DNA of 29,763 nucleotides from a virus (taxonomy: Duplodnaviria > Caudoviricetes): IMG/VR virus record IMGVR_UViG_3300017913_000273, positions 1-29,763 of that record; one strand, 5' to 3'. The stretch's first letter is position 1; each line of letters starts with the position of its first letter. The notes under the pieces are model-generated. The model had not been told where the DNA came from. It ran no database searches and was given only the letters and a program-made list of their open reading frames with translations. The position numbers and the translations under genes were made by a program. This document shows positions 16,064-25,333 of this stretch, piece by piece.

Positions 16064-17678
16064 AAACTATCTTGGTAACCCTAATCTAAAAAGAACAAAT
16101 GTTCCTGTTGACTTTGGTCCCAATGAGATTTCTGAATATCTTCTCTGCCAAGATGACCCAGAACATTTCATCAAAAGATATGTAAAGATTGTTAATATCG
16201 ATAAGGGTTTCATTCCATTTGAACCCTACGATTTTCAAACTGACATTATCAATAAGACAAAAGATAATCGTTTCGTTATCTGTAAAATGCCTCGTCAGTC
16301 TGGCAAGACTACTACAATTGCGGCTATGCTTCTGTGGTACGTTCTTTTTCACGAAGAATTTTCAGTCGCTATTCTCGCACACAAACTCTCACAAGCAAGA
16401 GAGATTATGCATAGAATTCAAAGAGCATACGAAGCCTTACCAAGATGGATGCAACAGGGTGTTGTTGAGTGGAATAAGGGTAACATTGAACTAGAGAATG
16501 GTTCAAAAGTTCTCGCTTCTGCTACATCTTCAAGTGCAATTCGTGGTGGCTCTTTCAATCTAATCTACCTCGATGAGTTTGCATTCGTACCTAATCAGTT
16601 AGCAGACGATTTCTTCAGTTCAGTTTATCCTACAATCTCATCTGGTCAGACTTCAAAAGTTCTAATTACGTCAACACCAAACGGTTTGAATATGTTTTAT
16701 AAACTTTGGACTGATGCAGAGGAAGGCAGAAATCTATATAAGACGATTGATGTTCATTGGTCGGACATTCCAGGTCGTACTGAAAAGTGGCGACAAGAAC
16801 AGATTGCGAACACTAGTGAAGAACAATTTAGGGTAGAATTTGAATGTGAATTTATAGGTTCAAGCAACACTTTGATTAGTGGAGCAAAACTCAGAACTCT
16901 AACTTTCACAAACCCTAAATATAGAAAAGACAACTTTGATGTGTATGAAAACCCACAGCAAGGTGCAAGTTATACATGTATCGTAGATACATCAAGAGGA
17001 GCAGGGTTAGACTATTCGGCATTTACTATAATAGATGTTACGCAAGTTCCATATAAAGTGGTTGCAAAGTATCGTTCTAAAGAAGTACCTCCGATGTTAT
17101 ATCCCAACATAATCCTCAATGCGTGTAAAGCGTATAATAACGCACTTGCGCTTGTAGAGATTAATGATATTGGTGGACAAGTTGCAGACATTTTGCATCA
17201 CGAACTAGAATATGAGAATATTCTATCTACTAGTGTAAAAGGTCGCTCTGGACAACAAATCGGAAGTGGATTTGGGTCTAGGGTTCAAATGGGGGTTAGA
17301 ACAACAAAACAGGTAAAGCGAATTGGCTGTTCTAATCTAAAAACACTGGTTGAAAATGACCAGTTACTGGTAAATGATTTTGATATTATACAAGAATTGA
17401 ACTCTTTCGTTTCGAAAGGTAATAGTTATGAAGCAGAAGCAGGTCAACATGACGACTTAGTTATGACACTTGTTCTATTCGCCTGGCTCAGTTCACAGAA
17501 GTATTTCAAAGAGATGACTGACCATGATGTGAGAGCAAGATTACAAGAAATGAATTCAGATATGATTGATGAAGAGTTAACGCCCTTTGGAATTATCGAT
17601 GATGGGACTGATTATGATGACAGTTTCGTAGATAATGATGGAACAAGATGGTCGGGTGATGATAAGTTTCTGCTATAA
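16056..17678 (+). CDS. gp17: Terminase large subunit gp17
   Basis: YLGNPNLK, Walker A PRQSGKTT, Walker B LIYLDEFAF, ITSTPNG, nuclease motif HDDLVM. Confidence 0.98.
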   Translation: MAENYLGNPNLKRTNVPVDFGPNEISEYLLCQDDPEHFIKRYVKIVNIDKGFIPFEPYDFQTDIINKTKDNRFVICKMPRQSGKTTTIAAMLLWYVLFHEEFSVAILAHKLSQAREIMHRIQRAYEALPRWMQQGVVEWNKGNIELENGSKVLASATSSSAIRGGSFNLIYLDEFAFVPNQLADDFFSSVYPTISSGQTSKVLITSTPNGLNMFYKLWTDAEEGRNLYKTIDVHWSDIPGRTEKWRQEQIANTSEEQFRVEFECEFIGSSNTLISGAKLRTLTFTNPKYRKDNFDVYENPQQGASYTCIVDTSRGAGLDYSAFTIIDVTQVPYKVVAKYRSKEVPPMLYPNIILNACKAYNNALALVEINDIGGQVADILHHELEYENILSTSVKGRSGQQIGSGFGSRVQMGVRTTKQVKRIGCSNLKTLVENDQLLVNDFDIIQELNSFVSKGNSYEAEAGQHDDLVMTLVLFAWLSSQKYFKEMTDHDVRARLQEMNSDMIDEELTPFGIIDDGTDYDDSFVDNDGTRWSGDDKFLL

Positions 17679-17689
17679 AAACGTAAAAC

Positions 17690-17697
17690 TATAAATA
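17690..17697 (+). promoter_or_regulatory. T4-type late promoter TATAAATA
   Basis: Exact consensus, intergenic, upstream of the sheath gene. Confidence 0.85.
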
Positions 17698-17770
17698 ATT
17701 ATGCTCGGATAAGAGGTCTGAAACTCGTATCTTTCATGGTTATTAAAACAACTCAATAAGGAGAATGAAT

Positions 17771-19660
17771 ATGCCATTCCAACTAAGCCCAGGCGTAAAC
17801 GTCAGCGAAGTGGACCTAACTACAGTAGTTCCTGCTGTAGCGTCTACCGCAGGCGCAGTCGCAGGTGCTTTCCGTTGGGGTCCCTTGAATGAAAGGGTTC
17901 TAATTTCATCTGAAGATGAATTAGCGACAACCTTCGGTAAGCCAAACGCAGATACATTCGTATCATTCTTCACTGCATCGAATTTTCTTCAGTATGGTAA
18001 CACACTAAGAGTAGTTCGTGTTGCTAATGAAACATCCGCAAAAAATGCGGCAACTGAAGCATCAAGCAGTGGGGTACTAATCGAAAATGAAGAAGCCTAT
18101 GAAGCACTATCAGGAACTACTCCTACTGGTCGCTACTGGGCAGCAAAATATCCAGGTGTTCTTGGTAATGCACTAGAAGTTGGCATCTGCCCAACTGACC
18201 ACGCATGGGAAGCCAATCACACTGATATTCTAACAACCGGAACAACTTTGACTTTCAATGGTGCGAACCAAGTCGAAGACCATTTCGCTCTCGGTGATTT
18301 GATTATTTCTGGTGACGAAACTCGCTCAGTTACAGCAATTGACACTGTAGCACAAGAAGTAACTCTTAATGCCGCATTCACTGCTGATATCACATCAGGT
18401 GGTGCAACTGTTCGTTGGAAGTACCACGACCAGTTTGATGGTGCCCCAGGCACATCAACTTATGCATCTAACGTAGGTGGTTCAGATGATGAAATGCACG
18501 TTATTGTTGTTGACAAAACTGGTGCTATCACAGGTACAGCAAACACTGTCCTAGAGAAGTACGCTTTCGTATCAAAAGCATCTGATGCTAAATCTGATAC
18601 TGGTGTGAACAACTACTATGTTGACCGCATCAATCAGTCTTCAGACTATGTTTGGTGGATTGCTCACGAAACAAATAACACAACACTTTGGGGTACAGAA
18701 GCCGCAGGTACAGACTTTAACACAACACAAGATAACACTGCTCTAAACTACACATTCAATGGTGGTGCAGACGGTAACACTCTTGCTGATGCTGATAAAA
18801 TCCGTGGTTACGAATTGTTCAAAAATGCCGACATCGTTGACGTATCATTGCTACTAGGTGCTGATGCTAACCAAACTGTTGCACTTAAACTAATCGAAAT
18901 CGCAGGAGCCCGTAAAGATTGCGTAGCATTCCTTTCACCTGAACTTGCTGATTGTGTAAACAACGGCGGTAACGAGGTAGAAGATATTGTTGACTTCCGC
19001 AACTCTGTTGGTTCATCTTCATATGCATTCATGGATTCTTCATGGAAGTATATGTACGACAAGTATAACGACAAGTATCGTTGGGTACCGATGAATGGTG
19101 ATACTGCTGGTCTATGCGTAAGAACTGACCAACAGCGTGACCCGTGGTTCTCGCCTGCTGGCTTGAACAGAGGTCAAATCCTAAACATCGTTAAGCCTTC
19201 ATGGAATCCAGATAAGACTGACCGTGATACGCTATACAAGAACAACGTGAACCCAATCGTAGCCTTCCCAGGCGACGGTACTGTTCTATTTGGCGATAAG
19301 ACACTACAGGCGAAGCCTAGCGCATTCGACCGTATCAACGTCCGCCGTTTGTTCATTGTACTTGAGAAAGCAATTGCTACAGCCGCAAAATACTCACTCT
19401 TTGAATTCAACGATGAATTCACAAGAAACTCTTTTGTGTCTCTAGTATCACCTTTCTTGAGAGATGTACAAGGTCGTAGAGGTATCTATGAATTCAGAGT
19501 AGTTTGTGACGAAACAAACAACACTGCTGGCGTCATTGATAGAAACGAATTCGTTGGTGATATCTACATCAAGCCTGCCCGTTCAATCAACTTCATTCAG
19601 TTGAACTTTGTAGCGGTCAGAACTGGCGTAGACTTCTCCGAAGTTGTCGGTAATTTTTAA
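17771..19660 (+). CDS. gp18: Tail sheath protein gp18
   Basis: QLSPGVNVSEVDLT, PWFSPAG.NRG, FDRINVRRLF, YIKPARSINFIQLNF. Start 17771 fits SD AAGGAG. Confidence 0.98.
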   Translation: MPFQLSPGVNVSEVDLTTVVPAVASTAGAVAGAFRWGPLNERVLISSEDELATTFGKPNADTFVSFFTASNFLQYGNTLRVVRVANETSAKNAATEASSSGVLIENEEAYEALSGTTPTGRYWAAKYPGVLGNALEVGICPTDHAWEANHTDILTTGTTLTFNGANQVEDHFALGDLIISGDETRSVTAIDTVAQEVTLNAAFTADITSGGATVRWKYHDQFDGAPGTSTYASNVGGSDDEMHVIVVDKTGAITGTANTVLEKYAFVSKASDAKSDTGVNNYYVDRINQSSDYVWWIAHETNNTTLWGTEAAGTDFNTTQDNTALNYTFNGGADGNTLADADKIRGYELFKNADIVDVSLLLGADANQTVALKLIEIAGARKDCVAFLSPELADCVNNGGNEVEDIVDFRNSVGSSSYAFMDSSWKYMYDKYNDKYRWVPMNGDTAGLCVRTDQQRDPWFSPAGLNRGQILNIVKPSWNPDKTDRDTLYKNNVNPIVAFPGDGTVLFGDKTLQAKPSAFDRINVRRLFIVLEKAIATAAKYSLFEFNDEFTRNSFVSLVSPFLRDVQGRRGIYEFRVVCDETNNTAGVIDRNEFVGDIYIKPARSINFIQLNFVAVRTGVDFSEVVGNF

Positions 19661-19682
19661 CGGATAAACAAGGAGAAAACTA

Positions 19683-20201
19683 ATGGCTTTTAATATCGGT
19701 GATTTCAAATCAAGACTAAACCTTGGTGGCGCTCGTGCTAACTTGTTTGATGTTCAGGTTGCTAACCCTTTCGGTGGAGATGACAAATTCACTTTCACAT
19801 GTAAAGCGGCTCAACTTCCTGCTTCAACAATTGGACTAGTAGAAACTTTCTACTTTGGTCGCCAAGTAAAAATGGCTGGTGACAGAACATTCGCAGAATG
19901 GACTGTGACTATCCTAAATGACGAAGATTTCGTTGTGCGTGATGCAATGGAACGCTGGATGAACTCTATCAACACTCACAATGGCAACATTGAGACTGCT
20001 GGTGGTGCGCTAGGGTACAAAGCAGACGCAACTGTAAATCAATATGGTAAGGCTGGGAACACAATCAAGACCTACAATTTCCAAGGTCTATTCCCAACTG
20101 AAGTATCTACCATTGACCTTGATTGGTCAACAAATGATGCGATTGAGGAGTTTACAGTAACATTCCAGTACGACTTCTGGACTGCAAACACAACTTCTTA
20201 A
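19683..20201 (+). CDS. gp19: Tail tube protein gp19
   Basis: GGARANLF, CKAAQLP, GRQVKMAGDRTFAEW, IEEFTVTF.YD.W. Confidence 0.97.
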   Translation: MAFNIGDFKSRLNLGGARANLFDVQVANPFGGDDKFTFTCKAAQLPASTIGLVETFYFGRQVKMAGDRTFAEWTVTILNDEDFVVRDAMERWMNSINTHNGNIETAGGALGYKADATVNQYGKAGNTIKTYNFQGLFPTEVSTIDLDWSTNDAIEEFTVTFQYDFWTANTTS

Positions 20202-20213
20202 TTGAAAACATGG

Positions 20214-20257
20214 CTGTGGCGGGGCGTTCTAAATAGTATTAGAACGTCTCACCATGG
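20214..20257 (+). other. Long RNA hairpin between gp19 and gp20 containing a late-promoter-like CTAAATA (20229-20235)
   Basis: GGGGCGTTCTAA pairs with TTAGAACGTCTC (G-U pairs), extended by CTGTGG/CCATGG; no U-tract follows. Confidence 0.6.
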
Positions 20258-20289
20258 TACATGGTGATTATGAACAAAGGTAGAAAAAC

Positions 20290-21786
20290 ATGGCAATAAA
20301 TTTATTTGGCTATACCATCAAGAGGTCTGATGAAGACACAGAAAACCAACCGTCGTTTGTTCCAGAAACAAATGAGGATGGTGCTGTTGACATCTCGGGC
20401 GCAGGTGCGTATGGTACATATTTTGACCTTGAAGGGTCAGTAAGAAATGAGAACGACTTAGTTACTCGTTATCGTGAAATGTCATTGATGCCTGAATGCG
20501 AACTCGCAATTGACGACATTATCAATGAAGCAATCAACACAGACAACATGGAAGCATCGGTGTCTGTAAGGCTGGATAGCCTTAAGGTTTCAGACGGGAT
20601 TAAAACAAAAATAAGAAATGAGTTTAGTGAGATTTTAAGATTACTAGACTTTGACAACAGCGGTTCTGATATTTTTAGACGCTGGTATGTCGATGGACGA
20701 CTATATTACCACAACGTCATCGATGTTACAAACACTCAAAGTGGTATTAAAGAATTACGATACATCGACCCACGCACTATTAAGAAAGTCCGTGAGATTG
20801 ATGAAGACAAGGACAATGCTAATAACGAAGCAAGACTTGTAAAGAAAACAAAAGAATATTTTGTTTATAACGAAAAGGGTATGAGCGAAGCACAGTCGGG
20901 AGTTAAGATTGCACCTGATAGTGTCACTTATATCACATCGGGTGTGCTAGATGCACCTAGAAAAATGGTTTTGTCACATCTGCACAAAGCAATTAAACCT
21001 CTCAATCAGTTGAGAATGGTCGAAGATGCAGTTGTGATTTATAGATTATCTCGTGCGCCAGAGCGTAGAATTTTCTACATTGATGTAGGTAATCTACCTA
21101 AGGGGAAGGCTGAAGCGTATCTTAGAGATACAATGCAGAGATACAAGAACAAACTTGTATACGATGCAAACACTGGTGAAATTCGAGACGACAAAAAACA
21201 TATGTCGATGCTTGAAGATTACTGGCTCCCAAGAAGAGAAGGTGGTAGAGGAACAGAAATTTCAACTCTACCAGGCGGCTCAAATCTTGGCGAAATGGAT
21301 GATGTTATTTACTTTCAGAAGAAGTTGTACAAATCTTTGAATGTGCCTTCCTCCAGATTGGAATCAGAGAATGCATTTGCACTAGGTCGTGCAAGCGAAA
21401 TTACAAGAGACGAAGTTAAGTTCTCTCGTTTTATCGCAAAACTAAGAAAGCGTTTTACGCACTTGTTTGATGACCTATTGAGAAAGCAACTTATTTTGAA
21501 AGGTGTTATCTCACCTGAAGATTGGGATAGCATGAAAGAGAATATCTTCTATGATTTCTTGCAGGATACATACTTTGCAGAACTAAAAGAAGCAGAGATT
21601 ATCCGTGAGAGATTAGGACTGCTTAATGAAATCGACCAGTATTCTGGTAAGTATTTCAGTAAAGAATGGGTCCAAAAGAATATTCTTCAAATGCATGAAG
21701 ATGATATTGCAAAGATGAAAGACAGCATTGATGCAGAGATTAAGTCTGGTGAATTACCAGACCCAAGTGAACAAGACAATTTTTAA
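20290..21786 (+). CDS. gp20: Portal protein gp20
   Basis: FRRWYVDGR, LHKAIKPLNQLRMVEDAVVIYR.SRAPERRIFYIDVGNLPK, EDYWLPRREGGRGTEI. Confidence 0.98.
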   Translation: MAINLFGYTIKRSDEDTENQPSFVPETNEDGAVDISGAGAYGTYFDLEGSVRNENDLVTRYREMSLMPECELAIDDIINEAINTDNMEASVSVRLDSLKVSDGIKTKIRNEFSEILRLLDFDNSGSDIFRRWYVDGRLYYHNVIDVTNTQSGIKELRYIDPRTIKKVREIDEDKDNANNEARLVKKTKEYFVYNEKGMSEAQSGVKIAPDSVTYITSGVLDAPRKMVLSHLHKAIKPLNQLRMVEDAVVIYRLSRAPERRIFYIDVGNLPKGKAEAYLRDTMQRYKNKLVYDANTGEIRDDKKHMSMLEDYWLPRREGGRGTEISTLPGGSNLGEMDDVIYFQKKLYKSLNVPSSRLESENAFALGRASEITRDEVKFSRFIAKLRKRFTHLFDDLLRKQLILKGVISPEDWDSMKENIFYDFLQDTYFAELKEAEIIRERLGLLNEIDQYSGKYFSKEWVQKNILQMHEDDIAKMKDSIDAEIKSGELPDPSEQDNF

Positions 21787-21797
21787 GGAGATAAACT

Positions 21798-21968
21798 ATG
21801 TCAACCACAGCAGATTTAATTAAGTATGCCGAGCAAGGTGATGCAGTAAAAATGAAAGACGCAATGGAAAACATTCTTGCCCGTAAAGCGTATGATGCGC
21901 TTGAAAGCAAAAGACAAGAAGTAGCCAAAGGTCTTGTAAATAACGCAAATACGCAAACCGAGGACTAA
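21798..21968 (+). CDS. Prohead core protein, gp67-like (56 aa); not in the ORF track
   Basis: MSTTADLIKYAEQGDAVKMKDAMENILARKAYDALESKRQEVAKGL...; SD AAGGAG; lies directly after the portal gene as T4 gene 67 does. Confidence 0.75.
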   Translation: MSTTADLIKYAEQGDAVKMKDAMENILARKAYDALESKRQEVAKGLVNNANTQTED

Positions 21969-21979
21969 GGGTAGAAGAC

Positions 21980-22975
21980 ATGGCACAATCACTCAAAGAT
22001 ATCAAAGGTCAATTTTCAAAAATTGTTAAAGAAAATGAAGACGGTTATGAGCGTCTCACTGACCAAGATGTTGAAGATGCAGTAGTAATCGACAATATCG
22101 ACCTCATGGATATTGAGGGTGATGATATGCTTGACGTTGCGGAAGCAAAGATGCGCCGTGTTGAAGATACTCGTTACCCACAAAGAGTTAGCGAAGGGCT
22201 ATCGGGTCCATTTCGCTCAGTTCGCAATCATGTGTACTACTATGATGAAAGCGAAAAGAAACTCTATGACGCAGTAAATGAACAATACTGTAACACACAA
22301 GAATCCTATCGTGTTACAACAATCGATGCAAAAAATACGCTAGAAATTTTCAACTATGCTCGTAAAGATTTTGCAGAAAAAAGATTAGCAAGAATTAGAG
22401 AAGAGGGCGGTAAAGGTTATATTCTAAAAGATGCCCGTGTAACTTCTTCACTAATGGATGCGGCAAAGTACAAACTCTACCATAACACTTATTCTGATGC
22501 AATGCAACATGCATATGCACAAGCAGAAAAGCAAGGTTATGAGGTTGATATGGATGATGTTGACCGCAAGGTAGCATCGGGTCCAAGAAAGCCAGGTAAG
22601 GGCAAAACGAATTCTTTTTCAATTAAGTTGATGAAGAATGGTAAGCCACAAAGAAAAGCACTTCAAGTTCAAGTTTATGGAATGGATAATGGTAAGTACG
22701 AATTGAACATGTATATTGAGGGTGTCGATTATAGCCTAGTCAAAGAAGAAAAAGTTCTTGACACCCTCAAAAACATCGTAAAAACAAAGTCCATGAAGGC
22801 TGTTAAATTTGATGACAAGAAGTCTATGAAAGTAGATATGACTACTGCCAACATTCTACTCAAAGTATATGATGCACTAAACAACGCAAACAAAGATAAA
22901 GTCGCAATGATGATGAATAAAGACAAAGCATCATTTATGAAGATTGTAGACTTTGCAATGAAAGCGATAAAGTAG
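21980..22975 (+). CDS. Hypothetical head-associated / internal protein (331 aa, modular)
   Basis: Sits in the prohead-core locus; acidic N-terminus then Lys-rich modules, with several hydrophobic-X-Glu junction motifs. Confidence 0.55.
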   Translation: MAQSLKDIKGQFSKIVKENEDGYERLTDQDVEDAVVIDNIDLMDIEGDDMLDVAEAKMRRVEDTRYPQRVSEGLSGPFRSVRNHVYYYDESEKKLYDAVNEQYCNTQESYRVTTIDAKNTLEIFNYARKDFAEKRLARIREEGGKGYILKDARVTSSLMDAAKYKLYHNTYSDAMQHAYAQAEKQGYEVDMDDVDRKVASGPRKPGKGKTNSFSIKLMKNGKPQRKALQVQVYGMDNGKYELNMYIEGVDYSLVKEEKVLDTLKNIVKTKSMKAVKFDDKKSMKVDMTTANILLKVYDALNNANKDKVAMMMNKDKASFMKIVDFAMKAIK

Positions 22976-23401
22976 ATGTTTACAACCAGAGATATCGTTG
23001 ATGCACTAATGGCAGAAGATGCAAATAAGTTGCGTGATGCGATTATTTCGGTGCTAAATAGTAAAAAGGCAACAGTTTTAGAAAGTTACAAACAAACTTT
23101 CGCAGACGAAATGCTCTTTGAATATGATGAAGAAGAACTAGACGAAGCCAAGTCCCCAACGGGCAAGAGACTTGCAAGAACAAGTCGAATTCGTGGTGGT
23201 GTAGTTCAGAGACGTAAAATTGTGACTAAGAAAACTGGTTACAAAGTTGTCGGTGGTAAAGTACAGCGCATGTCGCCTTTAGAGCGTAGACGTAGAGCAA
23301 TGGCACAAAAGAAAGCCGCTCGTAAACGTAGAGGCACAATGGCTAGGTCTTTAAGAAAAAGAGCAAGGTCAAACAGAATTAGAAAGTCAAGGGGACTATA
23401 A
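22976..23401 (+). CDS. Prohead core protein: gp67-like N-terminus, acidic linker, Arg/Lys-rich gp68-like C-terminus
   Basis: The helical N-terminus resembles 21798..21968, followed by an EEELDEA linker and a very basic tail; immediately upstream of gp21. Confidence 0.65.
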   Translation: MFTTRDIVDALMAEDANKLRDAIISVLNSKKATVLESYKQTFADEMLFEYDEEELDEAKSPTGKRLARTSRIRGGVVQRRKIVTKKTGYKVVGGKVQRMSPLERRRRAMAQKKAARKRRGTMARSLRKRARSNRIRKSRGL

Positions 23402-24064
23402 ATGAAACTTATAGCAGAACAAGTAGAAGACGTTAACTACATTGTTGAAGCCAAAGAAGATGGCAACAAGAATGTATTCATTGAAGGCATCTTTCTACAA
23501 GGAAATATGAAGAACAGAAACGGTCGAGTTTATCCCGTTGAAGTTCTTGCAAAAGAGGTTAAGCGATACACTGAACAATACATAAATCAGAGTAGAGCAT
23601 TCGGTGAGTTAGGTCATCCAGAAGGTCCAACAATTAACTTGGACCGTGTATCACACATGGTAACCGAACTAAAACAAGACGGTGATAATTTTATCGGCAA
23701 AGCAAAAATCACTGATACCCCAATGGGTCGTATCGTAAAAGAGATTATTGCTGAAGGCGGTCGTCTAGGTGTTAGTTCTCGTGGCATGGGTAGCCTAAAG
23801 CAGTCCGGTGGCGCTTCAGTAGTGCAATCCGACTTTTATCTTGCAACTGCCGCGGATATCGTGGCGGACCCGTCAGCCCCACAAGCATTTGTCAACGGAA
23901 TTATGGAAGGCAAAGAGTGGGTTTGGGATGGCGGTCTCTTGAAGGAGAAAACTATTGAAGAAACACGCATGGAAGTCGAAGCCGCGGCAAAGCGTAAAGC
24001 ACTTACCGAGCAAGAACAACTGCGTATCTTCTCAGCATTCCTACAGAAAGTAGGAAAAGTATAA
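23402..24064 (+). CDS. gp21: Prohead protease gp21
   Basis: IEGIFLQ...NRNGRVYP, GELGHP, LGVSSRGMGS, DIVADPSAP.AFV. Confidence 0.97.
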   Translation: MKLIAEQVEDVNYIVEAKEDGNKNVFIEGIFLQGNMKNRNGRVYPVEVLAKEVKRYTEQYINQSRAFGELGHPEGPTINLDRVSHMVTELKQDGDNFIGKAKITDTPMGRIVKEIIAEGGRLGVSSRGMGSLKQSGGASVVQSDFYLATAADIVADPSAPQAFVNGIMEGKEWVWDGGLLKEKTIEETRMEVEAAAKRKALTEQEQLRIFSAFLQKVGKV

Positions 24065-24067
24065 ATA
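24060..24067 (+). promoter_or_regulatory. T4-type late promoter TATAAATA
   Basis: Exact consensus overlapping the gp21 stop codon, upstream of gp22. Confidence 0.75.
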
Positions 24068-24106
24068 GTAATGATTGGAAACAATTTATCTACTAAGGAG
24101 CAAAAA

Positions 24107-25252
24107 ATGTCACTAGATAAGTTCAAAGAACATATCGCTGAAGAAGACAAGTCAGAAGAAGTAGTTGCTGAAGAAGCAAAGACTGATGAAGATTTCGATG
24201 CTGTAGTTGAGGCTGAAGAGCAAACTACAGAAGTCGCTGAAGCGAAAAAAGAAACAGTGTCAGAAGCCGAAGAAGGCGATGACGAAGAAGAAGATGAAGT
24301 TGCGGAATCAAAGCACTCTGAAGAAGAGGACGAAGAAGAAGTAACTGAAGAAGCAGATGAAGACGAAGAAGAGGAAATGGACGAAACTGCGGACATGACC
24401 AAAACTGAACTTCAAGCATCTGCAATGAAGATGATTAAATCAATGAAGAAAGATGACCTTGTGGCTGGTTATAAGGCTATGAGAGCATCTTACGACCCTG
24501 CAAAGAAAGAAGTCGGCATCAACACACCTGAAGAAACTAAAAAAGTTTCTGAAGATGTTGAAGTAATGTTCGCTGGCTCTGACCTTTCAGAAGACTTCAA
24601 AGCAAAAGCACAAACAATTTTCGAAGCCGCTGTAACAGCAAAAGCATCTGAAGCAATCAACGAAGTTGAAGTTGCTAAAGAAGCCGCTATCAAAGAAGGC
24701 GTAGACGCAGTAAAAGAAGAGTTGACTGAAAAAGTGGACTCATATCTTGACTACGTTGTAGAACAGTGGATGAAAGATAATGAAATCGCTATCGAAAAAG
24801 GTCTTAAGGCTGAACTAGTCGAAGACTTCCTTGGCGGTCTCAAAAACCTATTCATGGAGCATTATATCGATGTTCCTGAAGAAAAAGTTGATGTTCTTGA
24901 AGAGCAATCAACTGAAATCGAGGAACTCAAATCAAAACTCGCAGAACAAATTGAAGCAAACGTAGCAAGCAAGAAAATTCTTGACCAGTTTGCCGCACAA
25001 GAAGTTCTATCTCAAGTTTCTGAAGGTCTTGTAGACACAGAAGCAGAGAAGATTGCTAAGTTAGCAGAGGGCGTTGAGTTTGTAGATACTGACCAGTATC
25101 GTGAGAAGTTAGAAACTATCAAGGAAAGTTATTTCCCTAAAGTTAAGGCTACTGGCGGAAACCCCGAAGATAATGTGTCAGAAGTTTCTATTGAAACAAC
25201 TGATGCGATGGCTGCCTATGCTCAGGCACTATCCCGTATGAAAAAGGGTTAA
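24107..25252 (+). CDS. gp22: Prohead scaffolding (core) protein gp22
   Basis: Acidic N-terminus, LSEDFKAKAQTIFEAAV, VDSYLDYVVEQW, KLETIKESYF. Start 24107 follows SD AAGGAG. Confidence 0.93.
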   Translation: MSLDKFKEHIAEEDKSEEVVAEEAKTDEDFDAVVEAEEQTTEVAEAKKETVSEAEEGDDEEEDEVAESKHSEEEDEEEVTEEADEDEEEEMDETADMTKTELQASAMKMIKSMKKDDLVAGYKAMRASYDPAKKEVGINTPEETKKVSEDVEVMFAGSDLSEDFKAKAQTIFEAAVTAKASEAINEVEVAKEAAIKEGVDAVKEELTEKVDSYLDYVVEQWMKDNEIAIEKGLKAELVEDFLGGLKNLFMEHYIDVPEEKVDVLEEQSTEIEELKSKLAEQIEANVASKKILDQFAAQEVLSQVSEGLVDTEAEKIAKLAEGVEFVDTDQYREKLETIKESYFPKVKATGGNPEDNVSEVSIETTDAMAAYAQALSRMKKG

Positions 25253-25269
25253 ACACTAAATAATAGTGT
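25253..25269 (+). promoter_or_regulatory. Late-promoter variant CTAAATA (25256-25262) within a short inverted repeat, upstream of gp23
   Basis: ACACTA-AATAA-TAGTGT in the gp22-gp23 gap. Confidence 0.55.
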
Positions 25270-25333
25270 CTGATGACTATGAAGGCTATATTAAAATTAG
25301 ACCACTTCAATAAACCAAATAAGGAGATGCAAA

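Noticed and set aside
23836-24402. 188-aa Ser-rich minus-strand ORF, and the other short minus-strand or nested ORFs in the track
   Set aside because: These are shadows of strong + strand genes; the poly-Ser is the reverse complement of the GAA-rich acidic gp22 N-terminus. None shows a recognisable protein motif.
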